Shown here one piece after another: positions 10,137 to 20,098 of a DNA stretch of 64,000 bases. Numbering within the stretch: the first letter of the stretch is position 1; the number at the start of each line of letters is the position of its first letter. A program made the translations under genes and the position numbers. Location of the stretch: IMG/VR virus record IMGVR_UViG_3300010282_000004, positions 64,001 to 128,000 of that record. The stretch is one strand, 5' to 3'. This DNA comes from a virus (lineage: Duplodnaviria > Caudoviricetes). The notes under the pieces were generated by a model, which was not told the DNA's origin, searched no databases, and worked only from the letters and a program-made list of their open reading frames with translations.

Positions 10137-13100
10137 CTATGAGAATCTTTCGTGTTTAACTCTCATCTCAACTTCTTGTTGCTTTCCTTTATTAAATGCG
10201 GATTTATAATCACCAGTTAAATATCCAGTGACCCTTCTTAGTCTTCTTATATCTTTGCAGCCACACATAGGACATTCATCTCCAATATCATCTGTATAGC
10301 CACAGTTATTACACATATCATTTGGGATATTGACTGCAAAATACGGCACATCTTTATCCATTGCATATAAAACAATAGTTTCAAGTGCATCTAAATTATT
10401 CTTTACACTTCCAGCAAGTTCTACATATGTGATGCATCCTGCTGAACTGTATCCTGTCAATTGGCTTTCGATATCTATCTTTTCAATAGGTGTCATCTTT
10501 TTCCAGACAGGAACATGCATTGAGTTAGTAAAGAATTCTTTATCTGAAACATTAGGAATAACTCCATATTGCTCCTTAAACTTTTTCATTGCAGTGTAGC
10601 ATAAATTTTCGGCTGGACTGTAATATACTCCAAAGTTTAATTTATACTTCTCTTTGTACTCTGCGCATCTATCTTTAAATAATTGTTCAATCTTCTTTGC
10701 CAGATCCATACCTCTTTCTTCAGTATGGTCACAACCAATTAATATCTGAAGTGTTTCAGCAAGTCCTAACTGACCAACTGCCAATGTACCATGCTTTAAT
10801 GCTGAACGAATTCCTTCTTCAGGAATGTATCCTTCCATAGTACCATTCTCATACATAAATTTCGCAGAGTCTGGAGATTGACTGCATATCCATTCGAATC
10901 TTTCTATTAACTGATCCTTGGCATCTTTAATAGCCTTATCAAGAATGGTCATAAAGTTATCAACAATATCAGAACCATCCTTGTCAGATTTTTCTTTGGC
11001 TTCCATAGCCAATGTTGGCATAATAATTGTTACTGGGCATATGTTTCCTCTACCGTCCTTTAACTGCCCAAATCCATTAATATCCCAACCATTTGCAGTT
11101 CTACACATGTTTGCCCGATGTCACCATCGGCACTGACTATATCTTCTATCTTTCGATAGCCTTCCGCTTCGAGTTGGTACTCATCTCCAACCCTACTCCC
11201 TTACATTCATCAGGGATAGTCGATACAGGTTTTGCATATTGTTTGGTCAGATATATTCAAATTCATAGTTATAATTATTATTTTTAACACCTTTCAAAAT
11301 CGAGGTGATTGTTTTCCTATTAAGTTGAAGTTCTTCTGCACACTTCCTTATACTATTAAATTCATATACATGACCATTCATTTTATTTGTTGCTTTTACC
11401 GGACATTCTTTTTTCGATTTATATAAATTTTTATCATACGCTTCTTTTGTATTGTATTTATTATTACACCACTCTAAGTTTTCGATATTGTTATTTAATT
11501 TGTTACCATCTATATGATTAACTTGTGGCAGATTATCTGGATTTGGGATTAATGTTTCTGCTATTAATCTATGTACTCTTTTATAATATCTTTTACCATC
11601 AACCCTAAATCCAACCATATAGTATCCAACATTGTCTATCCACTTACTTAACTTAATTACCCTATCAGTGTTGAATACTTTATAAATCTCAAAATCGTCT
11701 TCATTGACGTATATATCCTTGTATTTGGTTTCGACCATTGTATTCCCCCTATCAATGACCGAAACAATATGCAACTTCCCACGGTCTCAACTACGAGAGT
11801 CCTAACCGTTAGCATGAATTAATTAGTCTATATTAATTAATTGTTTAGTATATAAATCGAGATCACAATGTCTCCAATCATCATTGATAATAAAAACGAT
11901 ACAATTATCCTTTAATTGGGCAATTTCAAAAAAATTATCTTTTAGATTTATTTCATTGACTGATTTCATCATCCCATATACATGTTGTAGTGGGAAATAT
12001 TGAATATAACTAAACATTACAATTCCTCCTAATTAATTCACACACCCACGAGTAGTGGTTCAAAAGGTTTTACATGAGCTAAGTTTGCGCTTACCCATGG
12101 TACTAAAGTACGTTCTATAATCATTCCTATCATATCCAGCATTACCGCTCCAATCACAGTTAGCATAATTTGGATATAATCTTTGAGATGTAGATCTAAG
12201 AGCTAACCTAAATAAATCATAGTTAGGATCTCCCGGATGCTTATTAACACCTTCCATTACTTGGAAGATTCCACATGGAAAGATGCTAGTCTTTCTCATC
12301 TTACCAATACCTTTAATACTTCCTTCAAGTAATGCTTTTGTCATCAATCTTCCCTCTGGCAACGTACAAGTGCCATAGTTAATACTTGTGAATGGAAGCT
12401 GATTTCCTGACCTTGATTGAAGTGTATTAAGATTATGATACAGGCCTTCAACCGCTTGTTGTGTTTCTTTAAGTGTCATATCAATTGCATAGTTATATGC
12501 CCTCATGTGTTCATTTAACAACCCACACTTAACATTCTTATCATCACCACAATCCATTGCATCACTTGGTAATTCGATAGATGTTTCTTCAGGTATAATA
12601 TGAGAAAAATCTTTGTCCCATCTATACGGCTGATCCTCTATATACTTCAATCCATCTTTGAAATGTTTCCAAAAACTCTTTCTTACATATGGAACTGATA
12701 CCCAATCTAAGCAATTTGCACTTACTCCCAGTGCAGCCTTTATGTTTCCATAAAGCCTGACTATATCTTCTATTACATAAAAGTAATAGCCTTGCACTTC
12801 CCTCTGCGGAATTTCACCTGCAGGGTACTCTACTCGCTTCTTCGCATATCTCTATGCTATGCTTTCGATAGTCGATACATTTGGAAATGTTAATGTATAT
12901 CTGTTATATTCTTTTGTCTTATTTGACGGATGTAATGATTTTTGTGATATTGTATTATTTTTCTTTCCAAAATATTTTGCTGCATCATCATTATCATTGA
13001 ATGTTCTTACTAATTTGCCATTATAATAACATTCTAAGTAATAATCCTTCATTCCATCGCCTGTAATAATTTTCTTTAGCAAACAATAATCGTAATATAT

Positions 13101-14433
13101 ATCATTTTTTCTTATTATTCTTATATAGTGTCCTGGAATATTATATTTTCTTGTTACTTCCCCTATTGATAAACAATAATCATATTGGTTGTTTTCGTTG
13201 TCATATACAATTACATTAACTAAGTTAGGGTTATTTTCTCTTCTGGCTAAACCAGTTTTCCAAGCGTGTTTCGTATTTTCTATAGGTGTAATTATTTCTA
13301 AATTATCTACATTATTATTGTGTTTATTGCCATCTATATGATTAACAACATGATCACTGTCTATCTCTCCTATAAATTGTTCAGCTACTAATGTGTGGAT
13401 TCTAACATATTTCTTCTCTCCATTAGAACTAAGAACAACTCTATAATATCCGTCTTTATCTTGCCCATATATTACTTTTCTTGGGTTATTTATATCCGTT
13501 TTTCCTTGCGCTCCTTTGACGAATATACTATATAATATTCCTGTTTTTGTTATATAATAATTATCGTTGCACTTTAATTTATATGCTATTTCATTGTTAA
13601 TAGAGATTTGTTCCATTGAAACTCCTTTCTATTAACATTTCCAAACACGGTATTACCATATCCATAAAGGACTTAGGTTCTCTTACCACCTTAATCTTTC
13701 GATTTAGTTGACCGTTAGCCTCATAATGAGACACCCTAGATTTCTAGGTTCACAAGGTTTAAATTCGGCAGAGAATTTTACCGAACTGTTGCAAGCTTTG
13801 CAACTGTGCTATAACTGCAACTAATTGTAATTCAGTATTTACACTATTCGCAGGACGAACATCTGTCTGTCTTGTATTAAATCCATTAGCAAGTAATTTT
13901 GCATATGGTATTGTTAAACAATTATGACTTCCAACTGCATACGATCCAAGGTCATGTGTATATATTCTATTATTAATATGATTGTCTCTTGCTTTTTTTG
14001 ACATACAATTGTCTAACGCAAATTGTTTAAGAACTGTTTCATTAGCTTCTCCCATTCTTCCACCGAATGACTTTTCATCAACGTTAGCATTTTGGTTTTG
14101 AACATTGTCTGCTCTTAATTTCTCGGCAACATCCATCATTACTTTCGTTTTCTTTTCTCTGATGCTTGTCCTATTGTTTCTATATAATATGAAACATTTT
14201 GCAACATCCTTCCTGTTGCTTGCCATAAGTTTGTTTTCAATTAAATCCTGTATGGTCTCAACACTAATTTCTTCTACTTCATTTTCTTCAATTGTGTTTG
14301 CGATCTCTCTCGCCTTATCTTTTGCATACTGAGTCACTTCATTGTCAGTCTCTTTAAAAGCACTGATAATGGCATTCTTAATCTTTTCCTTGTCAAAAGC
14401 GACCTTTCTGCCATCTCTCTTAATAACTTTCAT
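10137..14433 (-). CDS. nrdD: Class III anaerobic ribonucleoside-triphosphate reductase in 3 exons (13780-14433, 12093-12728, 10137-11105; about 752 aa spliced)
   Basis: N-terminal ATP-cone (VIKRDGRKVAFDKEKI); joins give QSLQQFG|GVSA and FSTMG|CRTANG in frame; C-terminal CxxC...CxxC and RRVTGYL glycyl-radical motif. Confidence 0.95.
11247..11738 (-). CDS. Intron-encoded HNH homing endonuclease (HNH_3 plus NUMOD1-like C-terminus)
   Basis: VHRLIAETLIPNPDNLPQVNHIDGNKLNNNIENLEW. Confidence 0.9.
   Translation of the reverse strand: MVETKYKDIYVNEDDFEIYKVFNTDRVIKLSKWIDNVGYYMVGFRVDGKRYYKRVHRLIAETLIPNPDNLPQVNHIDGNKLNNNIENLEWCNNKYNTKEAYDKNLYKSKKECPVKATNKMNGHVYEFNSIRKCAEELQLNRKTITSILKGVKNNNYNYEFEYI
11823..12017 (-). 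CDS. Second intron-internal ORF of unknown function
   Basis: 64 aa with GGAGG RBS, enclosed by an inverted repeat inside intron 2. Confidence 0.55.
   Translation of the reverse strand: MFSYIQYFPLQHVYGMMKSVNEINLKDNFFEIAQLKDNCIVFIINDDWRHCDLDLYTKQLINID
12729..13779 (-). ncRNA. Group I intron 1 of nrdD
   Basis: P1 TTCGGT/GCCGAA with U.G at the splice site; GCTAACGG, AATACCGTG, TATCGACTATC and AAGATATAGTC motifs; ends CACTG; removal restores QFG|GVS. Confidence 0.9.
12852..13616 (-). CDS. Intron-encoded HNH homing endonuclease
   Basis: IHTLVAEQF...VNHIDGNKHNNNVDNLE; AAAGGAG RBS. Confidence 0.9.
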   Translation of the reverse strand: MEQISINNEIAYKLKCNDNYYITKTGILYSIFVKGAQGKTDINNPRKVIYGQDKDGYYRVVLSSNGEKKYVRIHTLVAEQFIGEIDSDHVVNHIDGNKHNNNVDNLEIITPIENTKHAWKTGLARRENNPNLVNVIVYDNENNQYDYCLSIGEVTRKYNIPGHYIRIIRKNDIYYDYCLLKKIITGDGMKDYYLECYYNGKLVRTFNDNDDAAKYFGKKNNTISQKSLHPSNKTKEYNRYTLTFPNVSTIESIA

Positions 14434-14446
14434 TGCCGACATCTCC

Positions 14447-14845
14447 TTAATTAAATTGTTCCAAGTCTTTTTCTAACCTATCAATCTTTTTCTGATGTAG
14501 TTCTACAAACTTCATCATTCGATCACTCATCTTCTTAAGTAACCAAGCAACTTTAAGATATCTGTCATACATCTTCTGATGATACTTCAAAGCAGCTTTG
14601 GATTCACAGATTGTCTTCCCGGTCTTTTCATCGAACTCATCTTCTTTATCACATGTAGCCGTAGCATCTACAGTACAATCTGTAGAATACCACATAGGCT
14701 TGCCATAAGAATAATGAAGAATGTATGATACAACTTCCTGTGCAAGTTCATCTTCTGAAGATAACTCTTCGGAGATTCCTTTATATCCACCTGCATTAAT
14801 AAAAATTTTCCCATTATGTTTGTCAACTGCAAATCTACAAACCAT
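14447..14845 (-). CDS. Hypothetical phage protein
   Basis: ATCDKEDEFDEKTG motif; operon-coupled. Confidence 0.55.
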   Translation of the reverse strand: MVCRFAVDKHNGKIFINAGGYKGISEELSSEDELAQEVVSYILHYSYGKPMWYSTDCTVDATATCDKEDEFDEKTGKTICESKAALKYHQKMYDRYLKVAWLLKKMSDRMMKFVELHQKKIDRLEKDLEQFN

Positions 14846-14849
14846 ATCC

Positions 14850-15431
14850 CTACCTATCCTTTCCTAGTCTTTCTAAATGATTTCTATATACTCTTTCGAT
14901 TTTTTCTGCCATATCAAATGGTGAACTCCACCAATCAGCCACGTACCAATCAACAAGACGGTTAATAATTTTTTCATTGAAATCTTCTTCATCTGCCATC
15001 AATCTCCTTTTAACTTCATCCTTATTATCTCCACGTTTCTCAAGTCTTCTACGTAATTCAAAATCTGGAACGTCAATATAAAAGGCAATCATTGGAACTT
15101 TCAACTGTCTTAACGTAGCCAATCCATCAGGATTAACAATAAGAACCTGATCCTTGTCAGATTTCAAATCTTCATTTGCAGTGCCATATAACCACTTATC
15201 TCCACCATTAACGTAGTATGATGTTGTTTCTGCAAAGAAGTGTGATTCATTAAGTTTATTAAATAAATCTTTATCAATATAATGATATGTAATATCATCC
15301 TCTTCACCCGGTCTTTTAGGACGAGTTGTATAAGTAACAATACGTTCAAATCCTAATTGCTCAAGATAATAGAGTAATGTTGTCTTTCCACTACCAGATT
15401 TTCCACAAATTGCTAATAGCATAAAAGACAT
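14850..15431 (-). CDS. gmk: Guanylate kinase
   Basis: GKSGSGKT P-loop, YTTRPKRPGE, YGT. Confidence 0.9.
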   Translation of the reverse strand: MSFMLLAICGKSGSGKTTLLYYLEQLGFERIVTYTTRPKRPGEEDDITYHYIDKDLFNKLNESHFFAETTSYYVNGGDKWLYGTANEDLKSDKDQVLIVNPDGLATLRQLKVPMIAFYIDVPDFELRRRLEKRGDNKDEVKRRLMADEEDFNEKIINRLVDWYVADWWSSPFDMAEKIERVYRNHLERLGKDR

Positions 15432-15449
15432 CGCCTCCTTTCATTCCGT

Positions 15450-16196
15450 TTAAATTTGATCAGATTCTCTATTGATAAACAATAAGTTTTCAGCATAAGG
15501 CAATGACTTCGCCCATTCAATAAACTTATGCCACTCAGACAACTTATGTCCTTCTCTCTGATCGCACATATTTAAAATGTTTTCATAATTCATAGTTACT
15601 GTTCTTTTCTGCAACCATGATTCTGGAAGTAATCTTATAAGTTCTTTCCAATAATATTTTGATACCGATACAAAATGTTTTCTTTAACTGCAAGTAATAT
15701 CTTCTCTCTTTGATGCATCAGCATATTCGATTGCTCTTTTCCTTAAAGTCTCAAGATGACAAATCATTTCTTCCCAGATGTCACACATGAGATTATCTAA
15801 GTTATATGGCTGACGGTCATACACTAAAAGGTTTGGTTCATAATCTTCCATTTCAAAACATTCCATTGTAATAGGTGTACTTAAAAGTTTATGCATAGTA
15901 CTTGTTGAGTTTGCAGTCGTACCAACTTTATATGTATCAAATTCTTTCCACCAATAGATTGGAGCAGTGATATCAACACTTGCAGTAACCTGACGAAGAA
16001 ACTTTCTATGCTCTGATCCTGCTTTAATCAGATTCTGTGCAAGCTTTAAATCTTTTTCACCAACAACAAAACCATTGGAGTTGTCATTTGTGCTATCACT
16101 TTTATCCCATGATTCAAGAGGGTTTCTCATTCCTCTTAATGCACCTTTAATATTAAAAACTTCTGTATTCTCAAATTTCATTCCATCTATTCCCAT
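15450..16196 (-). pseudogene. Divergent ThyX-like (FAD-dependent thymidylate synthase-related) phage gene interrupted by one in-frame TAA at 15684-15686
   Basis: HRKFLRQ...ITAPIYWWKEFDTY...STMH; the same frame continues after the TAA with YWKELIRLLPESWLQKRTVTMNY...HKLSEW to TAA 15450. Confidence 0.7.
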
Positions 16197-17080
16197 CCTT
16201 TCTTTATATAGAAGTTATGCGCCCCATCATTACAAACCTTCTTATATTTAAGTACTCCATTGCTATCAAAGAACAAAGCATTACCAACTTCTGAACCACC
16301 AATCTCGTAGGCATATTCACATGCAAGAACAGTTAAGTCTGAAACTGTAACTCTTTTGTATCTTCCACTTGAATAAGTTGAGAACTGTTTCTTTGCTCTA
16401 AGTACATCTCCTAAATTATTAGGAAAGTGTTCGCTTTTTACTCTGTTTAAAATGACTGTAGCCACATTAACCTTCTGCTCAAATGTATGTTCATCTCCGA
16501 TTTCAGCCTGTACAATTCTGAAGAATAAATCTAAATCATCAGCACTGAAGTCTTGATATAACTTTCCTTCAATCCCATAATCCTCTCTGTTATATAAAGT
16601 AACTACATCGCCACCACTAACAGTTGTTGCAGTAGTAGGTTCTGCCAGGATAGATCCTGAGATAGTAGGAAGTTCCTCTTCTTTCTTCTTAAGCAATTCA
16701 GCAGCCTTTCTTTCAGCTTCTTCCTTTTCTTTCTTTGCTTTCTCCATAGCAAGTCTTTCTTTGCGAAGTTGCTCAATCTTTCTAAGTTCTACCATTGCGA
16801 TTGTCTGTTTAATTTTTTCAACTTGGTTGTTGTAATAATTAAGTCTGGCAATTCTTTGACGAATTAAACCAGACTGTCTAATCAATTCATTTTCTGTAAT
16901 ATCTGTTATCACCGAAAGTGATTCTCCAATTTCTGATCCTTTTGTTTCTTCCTGTTCGTCCTTTGTTTCTTCCATATTAGTTTGTGTTTCATCATATTCC
17001 CTATAATTGGAATAAGTTACGATGAATGTTGCCATAGCCAAGCATAAAAACATCATGACTATTTTGTGTAATCTTTTCAT
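16187..17080 (-). CDS. Cell wall hydrolase, SleB/Hydrolase_2 family, with N-terminal membrane anchor and coiled coil
   Basis: RIVQAE...VATVILNRV...FPN...V...QFS...ALFF...HNFY. Confidence 0.85.
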   Translation of the reverse strand: MKRLHKIVMMFLCLAMATFIVTYSNYREYDETQTNMEETKDEQEETKGSEIGESLSVITDITENELIRQSGLIRQRIARLNYYNNQVEKIKQTIAMVELRKIEQLRKERLAMEKAKKEKEEAERKAAELLKKKEEELPTISGSILAEPTTATTVSGGDVVTLYNREDYGIEGKLYQDFSADDLDLFFRIVQAEIGDEHTFEQKVNVATVILNRVKSEHFPNNLGDVLRAKKQFSTYSSGRYKRVTVSDLTVLACEYAYEIGGSEVGNALFFDSNGVLKYKKVCNDGAHNFYIKKGWE

Positions 17081-17104
17081 GTTTGCTTATCCTTTCTAGT
17101 TTTT

Positions 17105-17349
17105 TCGTAATCGGCTTATATGGAGAGCCAATGGTGTTTAGACTCTCCTACTTGACAGAACACTATCACTTGGGGCATAGATGGAATTCTAAAGTGATAG
17201 TATTATTTGACCGCCATACGGATTACAATCTCCGCTAGTTCCAGGACTAGGTAAAATTAACTACCTAAAAAAATTTCTTATGCAATAAATTGTTAATAGT
17301 TACATTGGTAAACTAATGGCGGTTAGCTCACCATATAAACCGATTACGA
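17105..17349 (-). ncRNA. Candidate structured RNA upstream of the wall hydrolase
   Basis: About 24-bp terminal stem plus several nested stems; no ORF. Confidence 0.55.
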
Positions 17350-17357
17350 TTTTGTTT

Positions 17358-17600
17358 TTACAAGAGCTTATATAAATCGTTTTCTGCCCTTGTATATTCT
17401 TTTTCAAATACATCCTTATATACTTTCCCATCTTTAAATCCAAGAAGAAGAAACGTATTGTAGAATGGCTCTAACTGATTGTTGCTATAATACTTCCCAA
17501 CATTGTCAGATTTAAGTTCACCTAAACGGCTAATAAGTCTGAATGAATCAATCTTCATCCTGTAGTACTCTTTCAAAATTTCCTTTTTACTTTCAAACAT
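17358..17600 (-). CDS. Hypothetical protein
   Basis: 80-aa ORF with RBS. Confidence 0.55.
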   Translation of the reverse strand: MFESKKEILKEYYRMKIDSFRLISRLGELKSDNVGKYYSNNQLEPFYNTFLLLGFKDGKVYKDVFEKEYTRAENDLYKLL

Positions 17601-17638
17601 TGTTATGCCCTACCTTTCTGATGTCTCTATAAGTTGTG

Positions 17639-17845
17639 CTATTTTGCATTGATACCTTCACAGTATTCTCTGAAGTATTCGATCATTGAACCTTCTTCCG
17701 GGAAAAACAAATCTACACCCTTCTCTGTAAATAACCATCCAAAGAAGTTCGAACACATTTGTCCGAAACGTAGGTCGTTCAAATACTTCTTGTGCAGCTC
17801 ACACATATCCTTATAAAAAGCATCTAATCTTTCTGGATTTCTCAT
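17639..17845 (-). CDS. Conserved small phage protein (MRNPERLD...DLRFGQ type)
   Basis: Recognisable phage motif DLRFGQ...DLFFPEE. Confidence 0.65.
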   Translation of the reverse strand: MRNPERLDAFYKDMCELHKKYLNDLRFGQMCSNFFGWLFTEKGVDLFFPEEGSMIEYFREYCEGINAK

Positions 17846-17969
17846 TTTTCATACTGTCCTTTCTTAATTCTAGTCTACGAGGTTTCCTCACTAGAGGAAT
17901 TATCTGACAATATTATGTGTCCTAGTTTTCTAGTGCCAACAACATATTGTATTGTTTTAGGTGTACATA

Positions 17970-18545
17970 CTAGAACTCTTTCTTGCCAATTAATTTGTTT
18001 ACTATTTCAATAACTTTTTCTTCAGCAATACTTAACTTAACCCGGCTCTTATCAACCACTTCACTGTATGCAGTGTTAAGTTCTTCTAATGCTTTAATAT
18101 TGGATTTATAATCGTTAATCATTGATTCATTATCAGCAATCAAAGCCTTATAAGTGTTGGCTTCTTCTTTTACTTCAGACTCTGTTGTATGAAGTACTTC
18201 ATTGGCTCTTTCCAAACTATCAAGCATCTTATTAACGTAGAGTTTATTGAATTCATCATCTAAGCCAAGATCGACTTTGTATAATGTGATAACAACACTA
18301 CTGTTCACGTCAGCCAATACGATCCAACAATCTTTAACAAACACTGATATGATTGTTTGTTTTTTGTTTTCTTTAGTCTGTTTCCCACAATAAATTATCT
18401 GACCAAACTCAATCATCTTGTTGATGTCTTCTTTAATCTTCGATTCGTTTTCAAGAACATACCGGTTAACATCTACTTTATGATCTCTGTCCATGATACG
18501 TTCTGCATAACGTTCCATGGCATGCTTTGATATGTTGTATTCCAT
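17970..18545 (-). CDS. Hypothetical protein with N-terminal SKHAMERY motif and C-terminal coiled coil
   Basis: ORF track; AAGGAG RBS before MEYN. Confidence 0.6.
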   Translation of the reverse strand: MEYNISKHAMERYAERIMDRDHKVDVNRYVLENESKIKEDINKMIEFGQIIYCGKQTKENKKQTIISVFVKDCWIVLADVNSSVVITLYKVDLGLDDEFNKLYVNKMLDSLERANEVLHTTESEVKEEANTYKALIADNESMINDYKSNIKALEELNTAYSEVVDKSRVKLSIAEEKVIEIVNKLIGKKEF

Positions 18546-18640
18546 ACGTACTCTCCTTCCTACAAACAAAAAATAACTATGCGGATGGATTGTCCATCAC
18601 ACATAGTTATTCTCTGTTTTTTTTATTTTTATTTATTTTT

Positions 18641-19129
18641 TTAGTAATCTACTTTGATTATTTTTGATAAATCAATTTTTGTATTTGGTTCTTTAATAAC
18701 GTGTATGTTATTTTTAAATAGATCTTCTCTAAACTTTTTCGGTTCAATCTCTTTCAGTTCTTTTTCCAAATCTTCCACTGTCATTATTTTCATTTTTTGA
18801 CTCAATGCTCTTTCTAATTCTAACTTAGACCCATTAGACTTATTCCAACCGGGAATCATGTAGATAATTTCACACATGTCAAGCAGTTTATAGTCAATCT
18901 CCATATACTCATCATAACTCATGTCTGTTGGCAATATGTCATTCACTTTTGCTGGGTTGATAACAGAATAACCAAGGTCTTTTAGTTTGGTTTCTGCATT
19001 GTAAAAATTTTCTTTATAATCAGGCACTCCTGTAATACCGCCACTGATGTAAACTCTTTTGCCATAAGAGCCATCGCATAGTCTATCTATTTTGTTAATT
19101 GATGCAAGATCTTCTTTCCTAATACTCAT
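18641..19129 (-). CDS. DUF4406-like protein (nucleoside deoxyribosyltransferase-like fold)
   Basis: VYISGGITG...VINPA...YM...IYMIPGW.KS.G..LE. Confidence 0.75.
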   Translation of the reverse strand: MSIRKEDLASINKIDRLCDGSYGKRVYISGGITGVPDYKENFYNAETKLKDLGYSVINPAKVNDILPTDMSYDEYMEIDYKLLDMCEIIYMIPGWNKSNGSKLELERALSQKMKIMTVEDLEKELKEIEPKKFREDLFKNNIHVIKEPNTKIDLSKIIKVDY

Positions 19130-19132
19130 ACA

Positions 19133-19744
19133 TTATTCCCCCAACCACTTCTTGAATACATCATAATAATTACTACCACTATTGTTCGTTCCGTATAACT
19201 TTTTACAAATGGCCATAGCCAATCCTTTCTCAGGATCAAATTTTTCCTGCTTGCCCTTGCCATTCTTGCCAGCTTTAACTATTGTCTTTGTATCGTCTTC
19301 CCAAATTACAATTGTAGCCGGGTCGCTGAAGATTACTTTCTTGATATTTGGAACAGTATATGCTCCAATGTTTTTTAAAGGAATACTTATTATTGTATTG
19401 CCACCCCATGTAATATCTAACTCTATAGATAAATTTTTATCTCTATTCTCACGTTTGTAATTTTGTTCATAATATTCAAGTTCATGTTGCTTTAAAACAC
19501 AATTCATTATAGTACCAAAACAACCATATTCAACACCACAATTATAATCTACAGTTTTTATATTATATTTACCAACTGTATCACCAATACTATATTTATT
19601 TAATTTATTTAAATGATCTATACAAAATGTTTTCTTAATTCCAGTGGAAACATCAAATGCTATAGCATCAAGATTTGAAACTTTAGCAACCCTGAATACT
19701 CCGTTTAAGCACTTATGTCTAACAATATCTCCAACCTTAATCAT
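19133..19744 (-). CDS. Phage protein with conserved C-terminal domain
   Basis: IKKVIFSDPATIVIWEDDTKTIVK...FDPEKGLAMAI. Confidence 0.65.
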   Translation of the reverse strand: MIKVGDIVRHKCLNGVFRVAKVSNLDAIAFDVSTGIKKTFCIDHLNKLNKYSIGDTVGKYNIKTVDYNCGVEYGCFGTIMNCVLKQHELEYYEQNYKRENRDKNLSIELDITWGGNTIISIPLKNIGAYTVPNIKKVIFSDPATIVIWEDDTKTIVKAGKNGKGKQEKFDPEKGLAMAICKKLYGTNNSGSNYYDVFKKWLGE

Positions 19745-19762
19745 CTTCTTGATCCTCTCTTT

Positions 19763-20098
19763 CTATAAAATAGGTCTCCCATTTAAAACCTTATCAATAT
19801 CAACCATCATCTGATCCATATCATCTTTATTTGACATAATATATCTATAAGTATCCTCTCCATTATACATTTCGTAGTAAGGCACATCTACACATCCAAG
19901 TACCCCATAGCAGTCAAGATACACAGATACATGTTTATTATTATAACTAATCCAAAATCTAGCCATAGCACCCATAAACGGTGGAATAATTTTCACTTCC
20001 CATTCCGGTTTAAAGTGTAGTGCTGGAATACAATTACACCAAGTTTCCCATTGTTCTTCTTTTTCAACTAATCTTCTACTATCATATGAGTTAATCAT
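19763..20098 (-). CDS. Hypothetical phage protein
   Basis: IPALHFKPEWEVKIIPPF...VSVYLD; GGAGG RBS before MINS. Confidence 0.6.
   Translation of the reverse strand: MINSYDSRRLVEKEEQWETWCNCIPALHFKPEWEVKIIPPFMGAMARFWISYNNKHVSVYLDCYGVLGCVDVPYYEMYNGEDTYRYIMSNKDDMDQMMVDIDKVLNGRPIL

Larger units (their letters stand above)
11106..12092 (-). ncRNA. Group I intron 2 of nrdD
   Basis: 5' splice site after U with P1 CATGGGT/GCTCATG; GCTAACGG, TATCGACTATC and AAGATATAGTC core motifs; terminal G; removal restores MG|CRT. Confidence 0.9.

Noticed and set aside
10137-14442. nrdD fragments as a pseudogene or as separate genes
   Set aside because: Group I intron motifs and exact in-frame joins explain the fragmentation; the ORF-track starts at 12797 and 11108 lie within introns
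15684-15686. Phage-wide stop-codon reassignment
   Set aside because: This is a single case; dnaE, recD2 and the fibre genes are full length in code 11, and TAA is used as a normal stop
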